A DNA stretch of 64,000 nt from Macrostomum lignano (taxonomy: Eukaryota), in contig NIVC01002029.1 in the NCBI GenBank assembly GCA_002269645.1, forward strand, positions 1-64,000, in the 5' to 3' direction. Below the pieces are notes generated by a model, which was not told the origin of the DNA, ran no database searches, and saw only the letters and a program-made list of their open reading frames with translations. Positions 36,541 through 48,100 of this stretch are shown here, in pieces. The position numbers and the translations under genes are program-made. How positions within the stretch are numbered: the stretch's first letter is position 1; every line of letters begins with the position of its first letter.

Positions 36541-39500
36541 TGAGCGGGAGCAATTAAGGTAGATTAGAAGTCGGATGCAGGGAGAAAGGTGAAGGGATCT
36601 GAGTTTGGGAAGCAGAGCATAAGAGAAACAGACAGAGCTGAGGCAAATGTCCCTGCAACAAAAATAATGAATTTAATGGATCCCACTCGCTGGGCAAGGA
36701 TTACCAGCGTAGTGATGGGGGGGAGCCGCGCAGGTGCACAAACAATGGCCCGATGCATTAGATTAAATTCCCTGTTCAGCCCGGGGATAAACACGAATAG
36801 CATTCGGCCTGTTTCTCCTCTTTGCACGTTGGCCCGTTCAGCTTCTGGCTGACTTTTCCCAGCGTGCGCGCCTCCGGTTCTTAAATAACGGGCCGCCCCG
36901 GCGCTGCCTGCGTCTGAAGGGGAAATTTGTGTTTCACTCGCCTCTTCTTTCCGCTTCGGTTTCCTCAGGCCTTGCAGCTGGAAAAAGGACAGTTTGACTT
37001 CCCTATGCTGGCCTGTCTCGGGGATATTTACAATATCCTCAAGGACGGGGTCCGATGTCAGCGCCTCCTCGGGGGGTAATTGAATCTGCTGCTCGGAGTT
37101 GGAGAATTGAATTTCTCAAAAATGAGAAGACACGAGAGAAATTCATTAATTCTACAGACATGATAGTCGATAGGAACTTTTTTCTGGAATATTGGCTTCA
37201 TTATGCAGCCATTGTCTACCGCTGCAAGCAGGCAGTTGTCGTGGCTGAGCTGACTGAATTCCATGCTTGTTGCTGCATAGAAATCCGGGTCTTTGGTGAT
37301 CACCCAGGTGTGGCCAGCCCCCTCCTACGCTAGTAGTTGTAGTAGGTAACGACGCAGAGGACTCAAAGAGCTCTAGAGCAGAAGCGCTCGCGGAAAGCCG
37401 AGGAGGGAAGGCGCATGGCCTGGCTAGGAGTCAGGTACAGGACGCGTGGATCGTCAATAAAATTTGTGTCAATGAGGGTCATGGTGCCGGCTCGTCCTCG
37501 GCGAAATCCCTCCTAAGGTTGGCTTCTCCCCGTCCGTGCTTCCCTCCCACGATGCAGAGTAGCTTAGAAGTGCGCACCCTGTGTGAGCGGGTGTACAAGT
37601 GTGTTTCTGTATACAGTTTCGGCACGCTTGTGTTTGCTCAGGAGTCAGATGGTATCCACAGCCCTCCTGCAAATTTCCTACAAGCATGAACGTTGTTCTG
37701 TATTGCACTGAAGGCAGATTTATGATGAAGGATGGCTAACTCAAATTTTGACAATCAGCACTACTGGAGACTGAGGAATAAGTGACCCCTGCGTAACGCT
37801 TTCTCGGCACGCCTGTGCAGCATGAGACAGACCAGGCTTACGAGCTAAGGTCTGCAATCATACACACCTGCACCCCCTCTATTCTGCTGCGGGACTTACA
37901 GGCCGACCCAGGGTTTCGCCTCCCGCGTGTGTTCAAGGCAGCCCATCCGTGACCTGTGCGTGATCAGGTACCTCTGGCCACGGCTCTGAGGAACAGGTAT
38001 CACCCTCTGACCTTAACAGGGTATGCGGCCAGTCCGCAGGCTGCGGGGCAGCCTCCTTGTCTCCCTTAAGGAACCCAATATAGCACCGCGCTGATGGACC
38101 TTTGGCTCGGTCTTTAGCTGGACCCTTAGCCGCGGGGAGCATCTCGGTTGTTAGCGGTAGGGCCGGTAAGGGCTCCAAGCTTAGCTCCCATTTGCTTCTC
38201 AGTGACCTAAGGAGTTTCAACGTGATACCTGCCGCATCCCTAGATGCTGCTGGAACGCCAATAGCCCGCTGACAAAAGGAGGTTTTACCACAGACAATTT
38301 GCCGAGAAAAATTCACTAAGGAAGGCACACATTGCAGAGTTCGGTATAGCTGTAACTGTAGCAGTATTTTTATAAATAACAGACTGGATTTAACTTGCGA
38401 TATCAGTTCAGTTCAAGCGCATTACCAGTTTCAACTAATATTTGAAAGTCCAGAATGAGGGTTAGTTATCGGTTTACTGCACAAAAAAGGAAAAACGAAT
38501 TGTGGCCCACCGAACACCGGCAAGCAAGCAAAGTTCCGGCAAAATTTCAGTTCTCTATTAAATGTACTTTTTTACTGTCTACGATACATCAGACAAAGCA
38601 TGCATCTTATCTTGATAAGCTAATTAGTTAAATTGATTTATTTTGCCGATGTATTATTATGCTTCAGCTATCCATGAATAGATTTTGGCACCAGTTTAAA
38701 TTTATATTTCTTAGAAACGAAGAAATTTCACATTTCGCCGGAGGGCGAACTCCTTTGTACTTTTATTCCGGAGATCAGGCATTAATCCGATTTTCTGCAG
38801 CTGCAGCAGGATACCCTGGCCAGCTGGTTTAAATTAAAGGCATTAGAAAGTCCCAGAAGGTTGCAAGCGTTTGCAATTAGCTATTTTTGCAACTGAGCTC
38901 CGAGTTCCCTCCCCTTGCACCCACCTGTCTCCGCGCGAGCAAACAGTTCGGCATTAGAGGCATCCATCCATCCCCAGGACTCGCTGCTCATCCGTCATTT
39001 TTCTTCCTTTCTTGACATCCCCTTCCTGTGTGTCAGTTAGTGCTCAACCTCCACCCCGTCCCCAAAGTCACTCTCCACCCATCCCCCCCCCACTAAAAAA
39101 GTATCCCCTCGTGGGATTTTAGCGATCCCCATCAGCAGCGCCTGATCGATTAAGTGCAGAGCTGGAGTCCAACGTTTTTTTGGAAGCTTCCTTTGAGAAC
39201 TTTTCTTGGCGAAGAGTCGGGGATCAGCTGCAGAGGGGAAATTGTGTGTAAGCAGTGCGGGAATCTGGCCTGCTCGTCATGATCGATAGATGAGGCAGCT
39301 CCGTCTGGGGCGATGAATTGATAATCAGGGAAGGGGCATCTCTGCAACTCGAATGGATTGCACTGAGTCGAGAATCGCAGCGAACTTCTATTGCGTGCCT
39401 ACATGTCTGCCTACCTGTGTCTGTACCGCTTTCCCATCTGTGACTTGATCGCTTACCGATACTCTGTGAATGAGAGCAAATGATGAATGAAACAAACGAG

Positions 39501-39544
39501 GAAATGGAGAGGGAAGGTGAGTGGAAGTATGGTGGGATAGGGGG

Positions 39545-40262
39545 AGAGGGAGAGGAGAGAAAGTAGAGTAGGGAGAGGGGGAGAGAGAGGAAGTAGAGTA
39601 GGGTGAGAGAGAGAGAGAGGAAGTAGAGTAGGGTGAGGGAGAGAGAGAGGAAGTAGAGTAGGGTGAGGGAGAGAGAGAGGAAGTAGAGTAGGGTGAGGGA
39701 GAGAAAGAGAGGAAGTAGAGTAGGGTGAGGGAGAGAGAGAGAGGAAGTAGAGTAGGGTGAGGGAGAGAGAGAGAGGAAGTAGAGTAGGGTGAGGGAGAGA
39801 GAGAGGAAGTAGAGTAGGATGAGGGAGAGAGAGAGGAAGTAGAGTAGGGTGAGGGAGAGAGAGAGAGGAAGTAGAGTAGGATGAGGGAGAGAGAGAGGAA
39901 GTAGAGTAGGATGAGGGAGAGAGAGAGGAAGTAGAGTAGGGTGAGGGAGAGAGAGAGAGGAAGTAGAGTAGGGTGAGAGAGAGAGAGAGGAAGTAGAGTA
40001 GGGTGAGGGAGAGAGAGAGGAAGTAGAGTAGGGTGAGGGAGAGAGAGAGGAAGTAGAGTAGGATGAGGGAGAGAGAGAGGAAGTAGAGTAGGGTGAGGGA
40101 GAGAGAGAGAGGAAGTAGAGTAGGATGAGGGAGAGAGAGAGGAAGTAGAGTAGGATGAGGGAGAGAGAGAGGAAGTAGAGTAGGGTGAGGGAGAGAGAGA
40201 GAGTAAGTAGAGTAGGGTGAGGGAAAGGGAGAGGAAGTAGAGTAGGGGAGAAGGGGAGAGGG
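39545..40262. repeat. Purine-rich minisatellite, ~30-32-bp unit GTAGAGTAGGGTGAGGGAGAGAGAGAGGAA
   Basis: Tandem units with a variable (GA)n tract; shares GAGGAAGTAGAGTAGGG with the 35690-36540 array. Confidence 0.95.
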
Positions 40263-41499
40263 GAGAGGAGAAGTATTAACAGAGTGGAAGTAGACTGGTC
40301 AGAAAGAATTGGGCGCAGAGATTATCGAGCGCTCGATATTCTCTGATCGGACGTGAAAACGAGCAGCCCTCCTGTTATTGCTCAACCTGGGTAATATCGT
40401 ATTTGATTTTAGCTGTTTTATTCATTTTTTTGGAATACTTGACTTGGATAGTAACACAAATAAGTATTAGTAATAATAGGCCTTTTCTATCGCTGACAAC
40501 TTTTAATGGTTTACTTACTGTTAAGCTTCCCTTGCTCTTGTCGTCAGTTTTTCAACTGAAGAAATAAAAATTCAGTTACTTTTCAATGTAGCTTACTGTC
40601 AGTAGGACTTATAAGGCTTTTTTAAGAGCAAGAGTAATCACGTTTTAGAATGACTATAGTATTCGTACAAAATTGGCTGTATTTAAAGATCACTTAAGAC
40701 ATGAATGAGTGGTGAAGGTTGAAACGCACAAAGCGATGGGGCCAATCCCCGTGGAAAGCAAATTTATGTTTCTCCCCAAAATAACCTTTGTTAGTCACCG
40801 AAAATTGCAAGCAAACACCAGTAATGCATCGATTCCATTCGAGCTCAGGCGACGACAAACGGGTAAAAATGGGGGGCGTTGCCCTTAGCAACCGGGGGGA
40901 GGGGCTTGCGCGCACAAAGCTGTCACGCACACTGCTTTTGCTATACTGGACTTTTTTTCGGCGCAAAGCGAAGCGAGAGAGAGAGAGAGAGACTGAGAGA
41001 TGCTGGGCAAAGGCATCCAAGCTTCATCTCGGCATACAGCACGGTCGGGTGAGCTTGTCTGGGGGGGATGCAACAGAAATGAGAAAGCGATGGGTGATGA
41101 GCACACACGCCTGACTTGGTCAAGTCGAGCCAATCGGTCCATCCCTTAGGACTCGGCCGTTGAGCACAGTGAGCAGCGGTGGTCGGGCGTGAAGCATAAG
41201 GTGTCACCTGATAGCCCCCCCCCCCTAGCCAATTCCTGAGAGATGTAGACAGACAGACCGAAATTAATTAACCAATGAACTCACATTTCTGTCATCAACT
41301 GGACCAGCTCTCTACTTAACATTAATTTCAGAATTTTTGCATGCATTCTTCGATTTTTTATTTATTAAATTTTCTGTTTGTACAACTACAGGAAGAAAAA
41401 ACGATTCGTTTGTTTGTTCAGTGCAAACAGAATCGAGCCTGCTTGAGCCTTCACGCTTGGATGGTCTCACGCTGTAGAACTGAAGTCCGTGTGTCTGGA

Positions 41500-44151
41500 T
41501 CCTGAAGGACTGGTGCTTGTGTTATGGCTGTCTCCTGAAGGACTGGTGGTTGTGTTATGGCTGTCTCCTGAAGGACTGATGGTTGTGTTATGGCTGTCTC
41601 CTGAAGGACTGGTGGTTGTGTTATGGCTGTCTCCTGAAGGACTGGTGGTTGTGTTATGGCTGTCTCCTGAAGGACTGGTGGTTGTGTTATGGCTGTCTCC
41701 TGAAGGACTGGTGGTTGTGTTATGGCTGTCTCCTGAAGGACTGGTGGTTGTGTTATGGCTGTCTCCTGAAGGACTGGTGGTTGTGTTATGGCTGTCTCCT
41801 GAAGGACTGGTGGTTGTGTTATGGCTGTCTCCTGAAGGACTGGTGGTTGTGTTATGGCTGTCTCCTGAAGGACTGGTGGTTGTGTTATGGCTGTCTCCTG
41901 AAGGACTGGTGGTTGTGTTATGGCTGTCTCCTGAAGGACTGGTGGTTGTGTTATGGCTGTCTCCTGAAGGACTGGTGGTTGTGTTATGGCTGTCTCCTGA
42001 AGGACTGGTGGTTGTGTTATGGCTGTCTCCTGAAGGACTGGTGGTTGTGTTATGGCTGTCTCCTGAAGGACTGGTGGTTGTGTTATGGCTGTCTCCTGAA
42101 GGACTGGTGGTTGTGTTATGGCTGTCTCCTGAAGGACTGGTGGTTGTGTTATGGCTGTCTCCTGAAGGACTGGTGGTTGTGTTATGGCTGTCTCCTGAAG
42201 GACTGGTGGTTGTGTTATGGCTGTCTCCTGAAGGACTGGTGGTTGTGTTATGGCTGTCTCCTGAAGGACTGGTGGTTGTGTTATGGCTGTCTCCTGAAGG
42301 ACTGGTGGTTGTGTTATGGCTGTCTCCTGAAGGACTGGTGGTTGTGTTATGGCTGTCTCCTGAAGGACTGGTGGTTGTGTTATGGCTGTCTCCTGAAGGA
42401 CTGGTGGTTGTGTTATGGCTGTCTCCTGAAGGACTGGTGGTTGTGTTATGGCTGTCTCCTGAAGGACTGGTGGTTGTGTTATGGCTGTCTCCTGAAGGAC
42501 TGGTGGTTGTGTTATGGCTGTCTCCTGAAGGACTGGTGGTTGTGTTATGGCTGTCTCCTGAAGGACTGGTGGTTGTGTTATGGCTGTCTCCTGAAGGACT
42601 GGTGGTTGTGTTATGGCTGTCTCCTGAAGGACTGGTGGTTGTGTTATGGCTGTCTCCTGAAGGACTGGTGGTTGTGTTATGGCTGTCTCCTGAAGGACTG
42701 GTGGTTGTGTTATGGCTGTCTCCTGAAGGACTGGTGGTTGTGTTATGGCTGTCTCCTGAAGGACTGGTGGTTGTGTTATGGCTGTCTCCTGAAGGACTGG
42801 TGGTTGTGTTATGGCTGTCTCCTGAAGGACTGGTGGTTGTGTTATGGCTGTCTCCTGAAGGACTGGTGGTTGTGTTATGGCTGTCTCCTGAAGGACTGGT
42901 GGTTGTGTTATGGCTGTCTCCTGAAGGACTGGTGGTTGTGTTATGGCTGTCTCCTGAAGGACTGGTGGTTGTGTTATGGCTGTCTCCTGAAGGACTGGTG
43001 GTTGTGTTATGGCTGTCTCCTGAAGGACTGGTGGTTGTGTTATGGCTGTCTCCTGAAGGACTGGTGGTTGTGTTATGGCTGTCTCCTGAAGGACTGGTGG
43101 TTGTGTTATGGCTGTCTCCTGAAGGACTGGTGGTTGTGTTATGGCTGTCTCCTGAAGGACTGGTGGTTGTGTTATGGCTGTCTCCTGAAGGACTGGTGGT
43201 TGTGTTATGGCTGTCTCCTGAAGGACTGGTGGTTGTGTTATGGCTGTCTCCTGAAGGACTGGTGGTTGTGTTATGGCTGTCTCCTGAAGGACTGGTGGTT
43301 GTGTTATGGCTGTCTCCTGAAGGACTGGTGGTTGTGTTATGGCTGTCTCCTGAAGGACTGGTGGTTGTGTTATGGCTGTCTCCTGAAGGACTGGTGGTTG
43401 TGTTATGGCTGTCTCCTGAAGGACTGGTGGTTGTGTTATGGCTGTCTCCTGAAGGACTGGTGGTTGTGTTATGGCTGTCTCCTGAAGGACTGGTGGTTGT
43501 GTTATGGCTGTCTCCTGAAGGACTGGTGGTTGTGTTATGGCTGTCTCCTGAAGGACTGGTGGTTGTGTTATGGCTGTCTCCTGAAGGACTGGTGGTTGTG
43601 TTATGGCTGTCTCCTGAAGGACTGGTGGTTGTGTTATGGCTGTCTCCTGAAGGACTGGTGGTTGTGTTATGGCTGTCTCCTGAAGGACTGGTGGTTGTGT
43701 TATGGCTGTCTCCTGAAGGACTGGTGGTTGTGTTATGGCTGTCTCCTGAAGGACTGGTGGTTGTGTTATGGCTGTCTCCTGAAGGACTGGTGGTTGTGTT
43801 ATGGCTGTCTCCTGAAGGACTGGTGGTTGTGTTATGGCTGTCTCCTGAAGGACTGGTGGTTGTGTTATGGCTGTCTCCTGAAGGACTGGTGGTTGTGTTA
43901 TGGCTGTCTCCTGAAGGACTGGTGGTTGTGTTATGGCTGTCTCCTGAAGGACTGGTGGTTGTGTTATGGCTGTCTCCTGAAGGACTGGTGGTTGTGTTAT
44001 GGCTGTCTCCTGAAGGACTGGTGGTTGTGTTATGGCTGTCTCCTGAAGGACTGGTGGTTGTGTTATGGCTGTCTCCTGAAGGACTGGTGGTTGTGTTATG
44101 GCTGTCTCCTGAAGGACTGGTGGTTGTGTTATGGCTGTCTCCTGAAGGACT
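41500..44151. repeat. Near-perfect 33-bp tandem array GTTATGGCTGTCTCCTGAAGGACTGGTGGTTGT, ~80 copies
   Basis: Units appear identical except for two variants at the left end. The 33-nt unit keeps four reading frames open. Confidence 0.99.
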
Positions 44152-45103
44152 ATGTTCACCCCTGCACTGCAATACTGCAGAAGGAGAACCACATTTTCCA
44201 GTTGGAGTTAAGAAATCGCTGCTCCTCAAATTCCGAAGCAGTCAGTGAGTCAGCAGCCCCTTTGCCCTATAGAACCTCACGGTCAGGCTAGAATCTTGCG
44301 GTCTTGAGCGCTTCCACCCCTCCGATTAAGTCAGGCCGGCCCCGACAAAGGAGAACGCAATTGAATTACCACTCAGTGACGGGGGGTCATTTGCAACCCG
44401 CTGCAGCACTGCTGCTCCGGGTCGGGAACAGAGTTCCTGAATGTGTCTTCTAGGAATTCCTGGAATTAATCCGATTTGCGCGACATTACAAACTAGTAGG
44501 TCGAACTTCTCTGCCCTTCTCTCCATCTTTCCCTTCTCAAATTCGTCTACAAAGTCCGCAACGCACTTCAAGATGCATCGGTCAAAACTTTTTTATTTGA
44601 AATTTCCTTCCTTCATCTTGGGAACACGCTGCGAAAAAAACTAGAAAAAATGGTTTAATCCCCAGAGCATAACGTTTCTTCCAAGTTCAAGACTCTTGGC
44701 TGAATTTCTATAAGTTGAGTATTGCGCAATGACGTGCTTAAGCAAGCGCGTCGTGAGCTCATCCAGATCCCTTAGTTATAATAAATCTGCAGGCCCCAGC
44801 TTCTTAAAGATGAAGCGGAACCTAATGCAGAAAGTGCTCGGTTCACTGACTGCCTTTATTACTGGCTGACTTGGCCCGCCAAGCCTTCTCGCTTTTCTTT
44901 CAAACTCAGTCAAAACCCTCCGCGCCTGGGATTAACGAGCGGCGTGGCATTAGAAAAAAAAACTTTGACATCGGGTGGCCAATCAGAGACGTGGAAGACT
45001 TGGGGGGGTTTGGCACAGCGGGTCTGAGACCAAAAGCTTATTAGTGACCCCTGATTCTGGGCCCTGACACTTGCGGAGCTGCAGCCAGCATTCGAGCACA
45101 AGG

Positions 45104-48100
45104 ATGAAGCCGGCAGACAGTCTTGGCGCTGCAGCCCCGACGGCGCACTGGTGCCTCACGCTGCTACTGGCTCTGTCCCTGGCCTTCCTGGCCTGGCGAA
45201 CCGTCGTTATGGACGCTCAGATTCGGGCCATCGCTGAATCGTTGGACGCCGCCGCCGTCAATGCTTCATTGAGCGACGATGCCGGCCTTCACCTGTGGAT
45301 CAGCGGCGGCTCCGCGCGTCCGCAGCTGCGGATGCGACGCAGTGTTGGCCGGCGAAGAGGTCTTCAAGACGGCGACGGCCGCTGGTTGGATGCCGTCAGC
45401 AGATTCAGGGTGAGACCGGGCAGCTCTGCTCGATCGGCTGGTGGCTGCGCCCTAGATTCTTAGAGTACACCAATGAGCCCTCCTAGATTCTTAGAATACA
45501 CCAATGAGCCCTCCTAGATTCTTAGGATACACCGATGAGCCCTCCTAGATTCTTAGGATACACCAATGAGCCCTCCTAGATTCTTAGGATACACCGATGA
45601 GCCCTCCTAGATTCTTAGGATACACCAATGAGCCCTCCTAGATTCTTAGGATACACCGATGAGCCCTCCTAGATTCTTAGGATACACCAATGAGCCCTCC
45701 TAGATTCTTAGAGTACACCGATGAGCCCTCCTAGATTCTTAGGGTACACCGATGAGCTTCCTAGATTCTTAGAGTGCACCGATGAGTCCTCCTAGATTCT
45801 TAGGGTACACCGATGAGCCCTCCTAGATTCTTAGGGTACACCGATGAGTCCTCCTAGATTCTTAGAGTGCACCGATGAGTCCTCCTAGATTCTTAGAGTG
45901 CACCGATGAGTCCTCCTAGATTCTTAGAGTGCACCGATGAGTCCTCCTAGATTCTTAGAGTGCACCGATGAGCCCTAGCTTATTATGGTACACCAATGAG
46001 CCCTCCTAGATTCTTAGGGTACACCGATGAGCCCTCCTAGATTCTTAGGATACACCAATGAGCCCTCCTAGATTCTTAGGGTACACCAATGAGACCTCCT
46101 AGATTCTTAGGGTACACCGATGAGCCCTACTAGATGCAATGCGAAGTTAAGTGTCTTGCTCAAGGACACAAATTGTGTCCAAGAATAAAACAATAATATA
46201 AACTGAAATTCTGTTTTGTCGATTAGCAGCAGTGCTTATCAAAGCTTCAACTGACTGGCGATTGCGCAATCAATCAGCTGCAGCTTCGTTGCAGCTTGCT
46301 CAGTTGGTCGTAAAAAAGGGACTGATTGATTAAAGATTTTAGCGCATTGACTGAAAAGAGTTCAAAGAAAATGACTCAACAGTCTGAATGAAAAAGTTGC
46401 AGAAAGTGGAAAATTCCTTTATTTAGATTGGAAAAAATATTTACCTTTTAATATACAACGTGCTGAACAGGTAGAACAGGTGCAGTAGTGCTAAGGACAG
46501 GTAGAACAGGTGAAGTAGTGCTAAGGACAGGTAGAACAGGTGCAGTAGTGATAAGCACCGGTAGATCAGGTGGAGTAGTGCTATGGACAGGTAGAACAGG
46601 TGCAGTAGTGCTAAGGACAGGTAGAACAGGTGCAGTAGTGATAAGGACCGGTAGAACAGGTGCAGTAGTGCTATGGACAGGTAGAACAGGTGCAGTAGTG
46701 CTAAGGACAGGTAGAACAGGTGCAGTAGTGCTAAGGACAGGTAGAACAGGTGCAGTAGTGCTATGGACCGGTATAACAGGTGCAGTCGTGCTATGGACCG
46801 GTAAAACAGGTGCAGTAGTGATATGGACCGGTAGAACAGGTGCAGTAGTGCTAAGGACCGGTAGAACAGGTGCAGTAGTGCTATGGACCGGTAGAACAGG
46901 TGCAGTAGTGCTATGGACAGGTAGAACAGGTGCAGTAGTGCAAAGGACAGGTAGAACAGGTGAAGTAGTGCTAAGGACAGGTAGAACAGGTGCAGTAGTG
47001 CTAAGGACAGGTAGAACAGGTGCAGTAGTGCTATGGACCGGTATAACAGGTGCAGTCGTGCTATGGACCGGTAGAACAGGCGCAGTAGTGATATGGACCG
47101 GTAAAACAGGTGCAGTCGTGCTATGGACCGGTAGAACAGGTGCAGTAGTGCTATGGACCGGTATAACAGGTGCAGTAGTGCTATGGACCGGTAGAACAGG
47201 TGCAGTAATGCTATGGACCGGTATAACAGGTGGAGTAGTGCTATGGACCGGTAGAACAGGTGCAGTAGTGCAAAGGACAGATAGAACAGGTGCAGTAGTG
47301 CAAAGGACAGATAGAACAGGTGCAGTAGTGCAAAGGACAGATAGAACAGGTGCAGTAGTGCAAAGGACAGATAGAACAGGTGCAGTAGTGCAAAGGACAG
47401 ATAGAACAGGTGCACCAGAAGATGAAGCAAGATCGAAGAGTAGAAGGCTGTGTGCCTGGATAGAAGCGCAAAAGCTACCAAAAGGAGCTTTCAGAGCAAG
47501 GCTATTTAAGCCGTCAAGCTTAACTATTCTACTCAACACCTTCCTCATTTGCGAGTCCAATGCATCAATTTTGCCGCCTCATCAACCCTGTTTAAAAATG
47601 CCCAGATGCTCGTGTCGTTGCTAACGAGACTAAGCCGCTCTCCACTTACTCGAGGAAAGGTTTTGGAGCAAAGACAGAGATTAACCTTCCTGAGCCAATG
47701 GCTTAACCAAACCAAAACCTACTATTATAGTGGGGAGGGCAACGGACATCAAGGTGTTGAAGAGGCGATGGGGCTAGCAACAAAAAAGGTTTGGAAGAAT
47801 AAGCTGCTAAATAAACGAAGCACTCTGAGCGTAGAAAAAAGGCAGCCAAAACTGCCAATACCGCAGCTTCCCACTTTTGCATTCAAGGGCGGAGCACTTG
47901 ACAGCACGGCCCTCTTCAACTGAAAACTCGGGAATCTCCCCAGTTTCCTGAACTTGATCCCAATGGCAGGGGAAGCTGAATAAGTTTATTCCCGCCCGCC
48001 ATCAGGCGGCTGCGTGCGGAAGCGCCGATCTGAGAGCTGGCCACTTGTGCAGACGGCAGAGGGTTGAGGACAGGGAGGAGATTAAGCGTAGGGAACCAAT

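Noticed and set aside
35543-36553. Extensin-like SPSPY ORF
   Set aside because: Translation of the 24-bp polypurine array; no supporting flanking exon structure.
38095-38180. Possible HDV-like ribozyme on the minus strand (7-bp P1-like pairing GCCCTTA/TAAGGGT)
   Set aside because: No GG for P1.1 after P1' and no P2 partner found by eye. An RNArobo/Infernal search would be needed to revisit it.
45451-46133. 31-bp direct repeats of CRISPR-like length
   Set aside because: Units are head-to-tail with no unique spacers, there are no cas genes, and the context is a eukaryotic intron.
46441-47624. 346-378-aa repeat ORFs
   Set aside because: They come from the 30-bp minisatellite inside collagen intron 1.
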